Source of the DNA: an uncultured Clostridia bacterium
Lineage (GTDB): Bacteria; Bacillota; Clostridia; JAAYHZ01
Reading direction: 5' to 3'
NCBI GenBank assembly: GCA_937894465.1
Contig: CALCRE010000293.1
Location: 9,482-73,481 of the forward strand
DNA: 64,000 nt
The notes below the pieces were generated by a model, which was given only the letters and a program-made list of their open reading frames with translations, was not told where the DNA came from and did not search any database. A program made the position numbers and the translations under genes. Positions 51,117 to 59,471 of the stretch are shown here, piece after piece (the first letter of the stretch is position 1; every line of letters starts with the position of its first letter).

Positions 51117-52247
51117 TCATATTTCCATTTCCAATAAATATGACATATATGATGTATTAAAATTATATATTTGTTGTTTCAAATTGTTCTCGGCTTTTTC
51201 AATATTAAGTCTGCTTTGTTCAACTGCTACATAGCCTATATCTTTGTCCAAATATTGACTGTACGTCTTGTTATATGACTTTTTAAGTTCTGCAATGTTC
51301 TCTTTTGTGTCATCAATAGAGTCAAAGGAGTCGATCATTGCTTGAGCTCTTTCGTTGTAATATCTTCTTTGGGTAATCTTCATTTGAATTAAGTCGTCAT
51401 TTAAATCGCTAATCCTCTCTTCAATCGTTTCTAATTCTTCAAGGATATGTTCTTTTGAGTTGGGATAAATACTAAATAATGATTCCAATGATTCTTTTCG
51501 ATATTGTTCTTTTTCAATTTCATATTCCTTGGCTTTGATTAAAGATTCATATTTTTGATCAGCTAGCGGTTTGATATTGTTAGTGTTTTTAATCATCAGT
51601 GTTTCATCAATATCAATTTCCTTGTAAACAGTCAATAAATCCATACCGATGGTTCGGTTGAAGCTCATCAAACTGTTTTCAAAAGCAATTTTCGCATCTT
51701 CCAAATCAACCTGAGCAGATAAATAATTGTACATTGCACTTTTAAGACTGCTTAATGTTCCGATACCATTACTGTAATAATACTCAGCGTTATCAAATGC
51801 AGTTTTTGCAAACCGCAAGCTTCTTTCGCTGAAGGACACATTCTTTTCGCTTGCATATACACTTCTCAGAGAATTTCTAAGCCCTATCACTTGTTGATCT
51901 AAATTCTTCTGAACGGAATTTTTTAAATCTTCTATCCGTTTTTCCTGCTCGGCGATCCCGTATTTCATGGTTACCATATTATTGGCTCGCATTGCCGGTG
52001 TCGAAGCTCCCCTGATCGGATCCGTTCTCTCCTTTAATTCTTCTAAAGTCTCTTCAAGGTTTGGCAAACTCATCTCGACGCTCATATACATAAGATTTAT
52101 TTCTTCTCTTTTTGAATACTGATCCATCGCCCATTTATAGTCGATTTTATCAGGCACTTCATCAAGAACAGGTTGAGTATCTTCTGCATATGTAGTAAAT
52201 CCAAACGACAATAAAAGGACCAATATTAGAATGATTGCCTTTTTCAA
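51117..52247 (-). CDS. TolC/OEP-like protein (secreted, about 376 aa)
   Basis: Signal peptide MKKAIILILVLLLSFGFTTYA. The composition is the same OEP-like coiled-coil type. It overlaps the downstream paralog by 4 nt. Confidence 0.4.
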   Translation of the reverse strand: MKKAIILILVLLLSFGFTTYAEDTQPVLDEVPDKIDYKWAMDQYSKREEINLMYMSVEMSLPNLEETLEELKERTDPIRGASTPAMRANNMVTMKYGIAEQEKRIEDLKNSVQKNLDQQVIGLRNSLRSVYASEKNVSFSERSLRFAKTAFDNAEYYYSNGIGTLSSLKSAMYNYLSAQVDLEDAKIAFENSLMSFNRTIGMDLLTVYKEIDIDETLMIKNTNNIKPLADQKYESLIKAKEYEIEKEQYRKESLESLFSIYPNSKEHILEELETIEERISDLNDDLIQMKITQRRYYNERAQAMIDSFDSIDDTKENIAELKKSYNKTYSQYLDKDIGYVAVEQSRLNIEKAENNLKQQIYNFNTSYMSYLLEMEI

Positions 52248-52277
52248 CGTAACACCTCCTACTCCTCATGTAAGCAT

Positions 52278-52306
52278 ATTATATCATAAACCCAACTACG
52301 AGGCAA
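52278..52306 (-). promoter_or_regulatory. promoter for the TolC-like/walRK transcription unit (TTGCCT-N17-TATAAT)
   Basis: Read on the minus strand in the 128-nt gap after the first SLH gene. Confidence 0.45.
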
Positions 52307-52324
52307 TTACCAAGTTATAACACA

Positions 52325-52358
52325 AATATAAATAACCGCCTAGGTTTACTAAGCGGTT
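52325..52358 (-). terminator. Rho-independent terminator after the first SLH-domain gene
   Basis: 10-bp stem AACCGCTTAG / CTAGGCGGTT (one G-U pair) followed by ATTTATATTT. Confidence 0.6.
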
Positions 52359-52375
52359 ATACATTTCAAATTCTC

Positions 52376-55135
52376 TTATCTTATTGTTAACTGAATAGAG
52401 TCTTGAACTCCAAATACTGATGTATACGTCAAGGTTACTGTCCCGGCTTTTTTGGCACTTAAGTTTCCTGACGAATCTACTGTCATAACCTCAGGGTTCG
52501 ATGATGTAAAGAATCCGTAGGTACTTGGCAATGTCATTGTCGGAACTGTAGTCATCAACATATTAACGCCATATTCATCCAATATACGGAAGTTTAGCCT
52601 TTGGAAGCTTACAACATTTGCATTTCCGTTCACTTCTGCAACTGTAGTTACAATATCAGGGCCAAATTCAATCGTTTTCGGTCCCCTGCTCATGCTCGAA
52701 TTAACAGTTATCTCACATAACAGTTTTGCTCCGTTATATGCTCTCAAAATGGTGCTATCCGTTGCTGTTGCACTTGTGGAATACACTCTCCACGCTGTAC
52801 CATCGTGTGCTGTCACAAATTTAGGATTAGATGATAGCAAGTTTGTTATTTTGTCTTGCTTTAATGCAATTGTCGTTCCATCCGGAGCTTTACCATATAC
52901 AGTCACAGGTCTTGCATAATCACCGGCATTACCTAACCCTGTAAATCCGGAGTTTGCATAGATGGTATTGATCGGGTTGAAGGCAAACAATACGCTATTT
53001 GTCGCTAAATCCACATCATAAACTCTCATGGAAAAAGTATTTTCTGAACCGGGTAAGAAATTACCCGCATTATTAATACCAATGGTAAACGACATGGAAC
53101 CTTCTGTCATTCCTAAGAAGTTAATGGTTCCTGTAGCATTCACCTTATTAAATTGAATGATGTTCCCATCACCAATAATATGGAAATTATCCATTGTCAA
53201 TCCATGAGCTACCGGATCATACGGTCTGCCATATTGGTCAACAATCTTGATAGCGCTCATGGGTAATTGGTATGCAGCTCCTTTTTCTATACCCAAATTT
53301 GCATCTACACCTACTACTGCAGTAGGAACTGCCGGTTCACTTACATTTATTGTCAACGTGTCGATCGGCTTACCTTTCCATAAGTAGTATACGACTGCCG
53401 TTCCTCCTTTGACACCGGAAGGTTTAATATACATTGCTCCGTTAGCTTCTACATATATGTCACTGTTTAATACAATGTCTTGATTTAGAGAATTAATAGT
53501 CATCCATTTATTGATTTCCGTATAGTTTTGGGTCTTCGATAATGCAGATCCGAACTGGTCTGTAATATTGTATGACAACTCGGTAGCTTCACCGGATACA
53601 ACAGAATCATTAGGATAGTAAATTCTTAAGTCCGCAATACCAATAGGATCAAAAATTGAAATAGGTAAACTAGTTACTGAAGCGGAAGCATTACACAATA
53701 CAGATAGATTTACTGTCCCTGCGATACTACCGACATCAACTGTCATTACACCTAAAGAATTGAAATAAATGTTAGTGGTCTTGAGCATATTTTCATTGGA
53801 GGATACAAAAGTCAATCCTTCTTTGTTCTTAATAACCAAGGGATTTCCATATTGATCGTAGGCTTCATACTTTACTACTAATCCTTTTTCATTGGTTACA
53901 ATATTGTTCTTGTTGTTAGCCGGAACAATTTCAATTAACGTAAATGAAGATACGACCGGTTGTTTTATTACTTTTAGGTCAAATTGCCCAACAAGAGTAG
54001 AGGAAACATGCATAACTGTTACAGTTACCGTTTCACCTTCTTTTGCACCAACTGTATTGATAGCCCATGTACTGGGGTTTACCATCAAAGTTGCTCCTGT
54101 GGTTCTATTAAAAGCAGTAATGATATACGCGCTTCTGGCATTAACTTTCATGTCTTTACCGTATTGGTTATATACAACCGGTGTAATGGTTGCATTTTCA
54201 CCAATAAGAATAGTATTAGTCGTTAATTCCATCGTAGTTGGAACGCTTGCCGTAAGGCTAATTTCCAAGGTAGGAATATCACCTACAGTTAAACTATAAG
54301 TACCCGCCATGAACGGCCCTACTCTGGTTATAACTACTTGGGTCCTGTCTGTGCTCCATTTTAGAGTGGTAAATACGCTGGCATTTCCGCTCTTTAATGT
54401 TACGTTAGTACCCACAGGCATTGCTTTATTAAACACAACCGTGATTTCATTGTCATTTGTTGCTTTAGCACTTAAAATAGTTGATCTCGAAATTAAACCG
54501 ATTGAGTCTGCTACACTTGCACTGACCACACCTTGAGAAATCAAGAACTCAGTCAACGTTTCGTTTGTTCCTTTTTTCTTGATAACCATTGCATCAATGA
54601 TGGAAATTGCTACATCATTATTTGTGAGCGATTTACTACCATCAAAGAATCCGACCAATCCTATATTTCTGGAGAAATTCATTACATTATTCCATGTATA
54701 GTCCAAGTCTTGCTTGTAACCCAAAACAGTTGCAAGAACTTTGTTGAATTCTGCGACCGTCATGATTTTATGCGGTAAGAATGTACCGTCAGGATAACCT
54801 CCGAAACCTAAACTAGGATTTGCCTTTAAATATGCCAAACGGCTTGCAAACCATTCATTTCCCGCAATGTCCTTAAAATTGTCTTTTCCTGCGTATGCTT
54901 GAGCTTGATCTTCTTTCCCCATTAACCTTAGAAGAAGCGTAGCTCCTTGCGCTCTTGTAGTTGCAGTCGCCAAATATTGAGCGTTGACACCACTTCCGGA
55001 TCCCAGCAAAACACCTAGTGCTTCACACTTTTGAGCATCAGAAGAGGATGGGGAAACCGCAAAGGTTGGTGCTGAAAAAGCCAGAAGAATGGTCATAGCC
55101 ATTACAACTGCAATTAATTTTCTCATTCTTTTCAT
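52376..55135 (-). CDS. S-layer-homology (SLH) domain cell-surface protein with tandem Ig-like (Big_2-type) domains
   Basis: A signal peptide (MKRMRKLIAVVMAMTILLAFSAPTFA) is followed by three SLH repeats (e.g. FKDIAGNEWFASRLAYLKANPSLGFGGYPDGTFLPHKIMTVAEF). These are followed by repeated ~90-aa beta-rich modules ending in a Big_2-like segment (MTVDSSGNLSAKKAGTVTLTYTS). The start is assigned to the ATG at 55135, which has an AAGGAGGA RBS. Confidence 0.8.
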   Translation of the reverse strand: MKRMRKLIAVVMAMTILLAFSAPTFAVSPSSSDAQKCEALGVLLGSGSGVNAQYLATATTRAQGATLLLRLMGKEDQAQAYAGKDNFKDIAGNEWFASRLAYLKANPSLGFGGYPDGTFLPHKIMTVAEFNKVLATVLGYKQDLDYTWNNVMNFSRNIGLVGFFDGSKSLTNNDVAISIIDAMVIKKKGTNETLTEFLISQGVVSASVADSIGLISRSTILSAKATNDNEITVVFNKAMPVGTNVTLKSGNASVFTTLKWSTDRTQVVITRVGPFMAGTYSLTVGDIPTLEISLTASVPTTMELTTNTILIGENATITPVVYNQYGKDMKVNARSAYIITAFNRTTGATLMVNPSTWAINTVGAKEGETVTVTVMHVSSTLVGQFDLKVIKQPVVSSFTLIEIVPANNKNNIVTNEKGLVVKYEAYDQYGNPLVIKNKEGLTFVSSNENMLKTTNIYFNSLGVMTVDVGSIAGTVNLSVLCNASASVTSLPISIFDPIGIADLRIYYPNDSVVSGEATELSYNITDQFGSALSKTQNYTEINKWMTINSLNQDIVLNSDIYVEANGAMYIKPSGVKGGTAVVYYLWKGKPIDTLTINVSEPAVPTAVVGVDANLGIEKGAAYQLPMSAIKIVDQYGRPYDPVAHGLTMDNFHIIGDGNIIQFNKVNATGTINFLGMTEGSMSFTIGINNAGNFLPGSENTFSMRVYDVDLATNSVLFAFNPINTIYANSGFTGLGNAGDYARPVTVYGKAPDGTTIALKQDKITNLLSSNPKFVTAHDGTAWRVYSTSATATDSTILRAYNGAKLLCEITVNSSMSRGPKTIEFGPDIVTTVAEVNGNANVVSFQRLNFRILDEYGVNMLMTTVPTMTLPSTYGFFTSSNPEVMTVDSSGNLSAKKAGTVTLTYTSVFGVQDSIQLTIR

Positions 55136-55226
55136 GAGTATGTAATCCTCCTTGTAATTTTTAATAAATATTGCACATCTTTTAGACTGCATATTCATCC
55201 CAAATGTTCCCTACTCGTACGAAAAC

Positions 55227-55255
55227 ATTATAGCATTCCCACCTGATATAATCAA
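55227..55255 (-). promoter_or_regulatory. consensus sigma-A promoter for the first SLH gene (TTGATT-N17-TATAAT)
   Basis: On the minus strand: TTGATT, atatcaggtgggaatgc, TATAAT, about 90 nt upstream of the start. Confidence 0.6.
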
Positions 55256-55292
55256 TATTTAGCAAAATACGTAACAAACAAGTAATAAAATA

Positions 55293-55330
55293 AGAATATA
55301 AAAGGCCGCTTGCTTTCACAAGCGACCTTT
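55293..55330 (-). terminator. Rho-independent terminator after the second (upstream) SLH gene
   Basis: On the minus strand, stem GGTCGCTTG-TGAAAG-CAAGCGGCC followed by TTTTATATTC. Confidence 0.7.
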
Positions 55331-55377
55331 CATTTGTCACATCGTTTTATCGAAACAACATTCTGCTGTGATTTCGA

Positions 55378-58194
55378 TTACTTTGTTACTTTGAGTATAA
55401 CACTGTCAGTCAATCCTGCGTTGGTAACATAGGTTAGCGTTACTTCACCTGTTCCAACTGCCTCTATCGTGGTTCCGGTTACTTTCAGTATTGAACTGTC
55501 AGATGATGCAAAGAATCCGTTTGCTTCCAGATCGAATACCAATGCAGAAGGTGTAGTTACTGTCAACATGTTTACAGCATATTCATCATTAACTGCAAAT
55601 TTAAGTGTACCGTATCCAGTAGCTAAGTTAAGTGTACCTGTAAATGCCGTTTTATCAGCAACACCGAATACAACAGATTTTATAGCCCTAGTTGTTGTTG
55701 CAGATACATCAGCACTGCACAATAACTTACCGGTTTTATCATATGCTCTTAAAGTAGACGTTTGAGCATCTTTATGGCCGGAGTATATGAACCAACTAGT
55801 TCCATCCTGAACAACCTTTACATTAGCGTTGGAAGAAGTCAACTGATAGATCATACCAGGATTCAATGTAACAACTGTTCCATCATTTGTTGTTCCGATC
55901 AATTTTACTTCTTTTACATACTTTTCAGCTGTAGCTTTGCTGGTAAATAATGCATTGGTATACAACGTCGAAATAGAATCGAACTTGTATGTTACACCGT
56001 TTGCAGCTTTGTTTACATCAACAGCCTTCAATGTGAAGGAGTATGCAGAATCAGCTTTTACAATATTTTTCCCGTCTTTATCGGTCTTCAATGTTCCATC
56101 TGCATTTCTTTCAAATAAGGAAACTGTGTATGTTACAGCACCCTCAGTTGTAGAATTAGCATTGAATGTAAATGTTTTACCTGAAGCTGCTGGATTAGAA
56201 ATGATAGCACCAGTGTCAGGATTGGATTTCCATGCAAAGTCTGAAGTAAGCATCTTGCCATCGACATCATATGGTCTTGCGTATTGATCTACAACTCTTA
56301 TAACTTTCTTATCAATTGTTTGAGGAGCACCCAATTCTATGCCACTATTAATAGCAACATTTTCGATACTTGTCGGTATTGCTTTTGCCCATACATTTAT
56401 TGTAAAGGACCCTAGCAATGCTCCCTTCCAAGAGTAGTATACGGTTATGTATCCTTTGCTTCCATATAAAGGTTTAACTTTCAGAGCACCGTCTTCAATA
56501 ACGAATGAGATCTTAGATTTATCAGTCATAATAGGACTGAATGATAATCCGTTAGTATCGTGTATGATCACATTCTTCTTTTCAAGTTCATTGCCAAATT
56601 GGTCCAAAGCAACGAAACTGATTTCGGTGGTTTCATCTTCCACAACTTCTTTTAAAGCTTCGCCGATAACAACTTTGCTTACAGCAGCAGGATCAAATAC
56701 TGTGATCGGTAAGCTTGTTACTACTGCTGCGGAGTTCACGAGAACGGATAATGTAACAGTTCCAGCCTTTAAGGGCTTGAATGTCAATTTGCCGTCTTTA
56801 TCGAAACGTAAATCTTCAATTTTCAAGATTGTTGAATCCGAAGATATAAATGTCAAGCCTGTACCTGAAGTTACGTTTGTAAAGTCTTTTAATGTCATCG
56901 CATTGCCATATTGGTCATATGCTTGGTACTTAATTTCTACATTGCTGTGGTCAGTGTTAACCATAGTAGCTTTTTCAGGAATAACCACTTCAGTCATAGC
57001 GAATTGGGTAACCTTAGAAGCAAGAACAGCTGTCAATTCAGCTTGACCAACGATTGTTGATTGATGGTGCATAGCTGTAACTGTAATAATTTCATTTTCT
57101 TTAGCTTTGGCTGTATTGATTGTGAACTTGCCGGATCCATCTCCAGATACTAACAATGTAGTTCCGGTTGTCTTATTAAATGCTGTAGCAGAGAAGTTTT
57201 GGCCGGAAATACTCATCTTTTTGCCGTATTGGTTATACAATACAACTTCAAATGTGTCAGTTGTATCAGCCAATATGGTGGATTTGGAGATAGCTAAAGT
57301 TTGTGCTACTTCTTTATCAAACTTAACAGCTGCTTTCATATCGCCAACTGCTAAATCATATGTACCTTCTGTAAATGCGATACTGTTAGCTCTCTTGAGA
57401 ACTACTTGTGTTTTCGCATCATTCCAGGTATTGTTTACGAAAATGCTCATCAATCCGCTCTTAACAGTGATAACGGGTGTGCCTTCAACAGGTTTGCTGA
57501 ATGTAACTGTGATTTCATCAGCATTTGTCGGAACAGCACTTACGATAGCTTGAGCAGTGATCAATCCAGCTGCATTAGCATCAGCAGAGCTGATAATACC
57601 GTCAGCGATTAAGCTGTCAAGTAAAGCAACACCGGATTTCATTTCAGCTTGTAAAGCTTCGAGAATAGCATCAGCCATATCAGCGTTTGTGATAGGAGCT
57701 GACGGGTTTTCAAGAGCAACTAAACCGAGGTCTGCAGCTTTATCAGCTACTTGTGCCCATGTATAGTCAACACCTTGTACATATCCTAATACTGTCAACA
57801 AAACTTTGTAGAATTCAGCACCGGACATTACTTTTCTAGGTTGGAAGGTTCCATCAGGATATCCAACAAATCCAATTGATTCATTTGCCTTTAAATATGC
57901 TAATACAGGAGCAAACCATTCGTTACCGACTACGTCAGTAAAATTGTCTCCTCCAGCATAGGCTAGAGCCTCGTCTTCTTTACCAATTAAGCGTAATAGA
58001 AGAATAGCGCCTTGTACTCTTGTTGTTGCTTGGGAAAGGTATTTATCAGTAATACCATCTCCTTCTCCCTGAAGAATGCCTAGCAATTCGACTTTTTCAG
58101 CATTTGTCAAGCCAGCAGCCATGACAGGTACTGTTAATGTCAGAAGAATAGCTAATGAGAGAGCAACTGCGAGCAGTTTTTTCAAATTCTTCAT
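55378..58194 (-). CDS. SLH-domain cell-surface protein with tandem Ig-like domains (paralog of 52376..55135)
   Basis: A signal peptide (MKNLKKLLAVALSLAILLTLTVPVMA) and three SLH repeats that are near-identical to the downstream paralog (ATTRVQGAILLLRLIGKEDEALAYAGGDNFTDVVGNEWFAPVLAYLKANESIGFVGYPDGTF). The C-terminal region is divergent. The RBS is AAAGGAGGA. Confidence 0.8.
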   Translation of the reverse strand: MKNLKKLLAVALSLAILLTLTVPVMAAGLTNAEKVELLGILQGEGDGITDKYLSQATTRVQGAILLLRLIGKEDEALAYAGGDNFTDVVGNEWFAPVLAYLKANESIGFVGYPDGTFQPRKVMSGAEFYKVLLTVLGYVQGVDYTWAQVADKAADLGLVALENPSAPITNADMADAILEALQAEMKSGVALLDSLIADGIISSADANAAGLITAQAIVSAVPTNADEITVTFSKPVEGTPVITVKSGLMSIFVNNTWNDAKTQVVLKRANSIAFTEGTYDLAVGDMKAAVKFDKEVAQTLAISKSTILADTTDTFEVVLYNQYGKKMSISGQNFSATAFNKTTGTTLLVSGDGSGKFTINTAKAKENEIITVTAMHHQSTIVGQAELTAVLASKVTQFAMTEVVIPEKATMVNTDHSNVEIKYQAYDQYGNAMTLKDFTNVTSGTGLTFISSDSTILKIEDLRFDKDGKLTFKPLKAGTVTLSVLVNSAAVVTSLPITVFDPAAVSKVVIGEALKEVVEDETTEISFVALDQFGNELEKKNVIIHDTNGLSFSPIMTDKSKISFVIEDGALKVKPLYGSKGYITVYYSWKGALLGSFTINVWAKAIPTSIENVAINSGIELGAPQTIDKKVIRVVDQYARPYDVDGKMLTSDFAWKSNPDTGAIISNPAASGKTFTFNANSTTEGAVTYTVSLFERNADGTLKTDKDGKNIVKADSAYSFTLKAVDVNKAANGVTYKFDSISTLYTNALFTSKATAEKYVKEVKLIGTTNDGTVVTLNPGMIYQLTSSNANVKVVQDGTSWFIYSGHKDAQTSTLRAYDKTGKLLCSADVSATTTRAIKSVVFGVADKTAFTGTLNLATGYGTLKFAVNDEYAVNMLTVTTPSALVFDLEANGFFASSDSSILKVTGTTIEAVGTGEVTLTYVTNAGLTDSVILKVTK

Positions 58195-58480
58195 AGTTTG
58201 AAAATCCTCCTTTAAATTTTGGAATGTTTATAAATTTTATAATATTATGCTGCATTCCAATTCACCATAATATATATCCGAGGGGTATCCCCTCAGGTTA
58301 CATGAAGAGTATAACACCCATTTTCACTTAAAGCAACGATTCGATGTCAAGTGTAAAAAAACTGTAATACAATGAAATAACTATGTTACAATTGAAACAA
58401 GCTTCCAAAGGTAGGGCTTATATGTATGGTTTTCCATGATTCAACTTGCTTGGCACCCACCTATACTCACTTCTCCACAG

Positions 58481-58616
58481 AAAAATAATTACATTTTTCT
58501 GTAGTAATCTTATCTAGTTATCCACAGGTAAAAACCGAATAAAAAACGGCTTAAACACCTACAGCCAAGCCGATCTTACATTCACAACCATTTAGTTACT
58601 CACACCCCTGTGGATA
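58481..58616. promoter_or_regulatory. DnaA-box cluster: two perfect TTATCCACA boxes in inverted orientation plus one near-perfect box
   Basis: TTATCCACA at 58517-58525 on the plus strand. The same 9-mer sits on the minus strand at 58608-58616. TTCTCCACA (one mismatch) is at 58481-58489. A 10-bp AT-rich hairpin, ACAGAAAAAT/ATTTTTCTGT, lies in between. Confidence 0.5.
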
Positions 58617-58634
58617 AGTTTTATCTACTTGCTT

Positions 58635-59471
58635 TTATTCAAACCGAAGGCTTATATCCAAGGCTTTTACCGAATGTGTAATGGCTCCCACAGAAATAAT
58701 ATCCACACCTGTTTGTGCAATTTCCCGGACAGTCAATAACGTAACATTTCCTGATGCTTCCACCAGAGCCCTTCCGTTAATAAATAGAACACACTTTTTC
58801 ATTTGCTCACAATTCATATTGTCCAGCATAATGATGTCGGCTTTGGCTGCAACAGCTTCCTCTACTTGTTCAAAGCTTTCTGTTTCCACTTCTATTTTTA
58901 CCGTATGGGGAATTTTATTTCTAATGATGGATATTGCATTGCGGATCCCGCCTGCCGCAGATATGTGATTGTCCTTAATCAAAACAGCATCTGACAATCC
59001 ATAACGGTGATTTTGGCCTCCTCCGGTTACAACTGCATACTTGTCCAATGTACGTAATCCGGGTACAGTCTTTCTAGTATCCACAATGCGAACCGTCAAT
59101 CCTGCAACTGCCTCTACATACATGGATGTGGCCGTTGCAATCCCCGACATCCTTTGTAACAAATTAAGCGCAGTTCTCTCAGCCTTTAGAACAGATGCGG
59201 TTTTTCCGGAGATATAGGCAATAATGTCACCCTTCTTTACTTTTTCTCCGTCTTGAACCAATGCCTTCACCTCAACATTAGAATCCACCAGTTCAAAGAC
59301 TCTTTTCGCTACATCCATTCCGGCTATTACACCTGTTTCTTTACTGATCAGACGAGCTTTCGTCGTGTATTCATCATTAAGAAGATTGTCTGTTGTTATA
59401 TCTCCGTAAGGCATATCTTCCCGCAATGCATTTTGAATGATTTCATCTATATATAATGGATCAAGCTTCAT
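58635..59471 (-). CDS. nadC: nicotinate-nucleotide pyrophosphorylase (carboxylating) / quinolinate phosphoribosyltransferase
   Basis: 278 aa, with typical QPRTase N- and C-domain composition (…IMLDNM…). Its start overlaps the end of nadB. Confidence 0.9.
   Translation of the reverse strand: MKLDPLYIDEIIQNALREDMPYGDITTDNLLNDEYTTKARLISKETGVIAGMDVAKRVFELVDSNVEVKALVQDGEKVKKGDIIAYISGKTASVLKAERTALNLLQRMSGIATATSMYVEAVAGLTVRIVDTRKTVPGLRTLDKYAVVTGGGQNHRYGLSDAVLIKDNHISAAGGIRNAISIIRNKIPHTVKIEVETESFEQVEEAVAAKADIIMLDNMNCEQMKKCVLFINGRALVEASGNVTLLTVREIAQTGVDIISVGAITHSVKALDISLRFE

Noticed and set aside
50020-58194. SLH proteins plus TolC-like proteins as evidence that the organism is a diderm Firmicute (Negativicutes or Halanaerobiales).
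   Set aside because: The SLH proteins are about 940-aa Ig-repeat surface proteins, not OmpM-type SLH porins. No outer-membrane biogenesis genes are present. The surrounding gene content is typical of monoderm Clostridia. The TolC-like calls are themselves only moderately confident.
58195-58634. A tRNA or small RNA gene in the long nadC-SLH intergenic region.
   Set aside because: No T-loop (GGTTCGAATCC-like) or acceptor-stem pairing was found. The content is promoter, 5' UTR hairpin and DnaA boxes.
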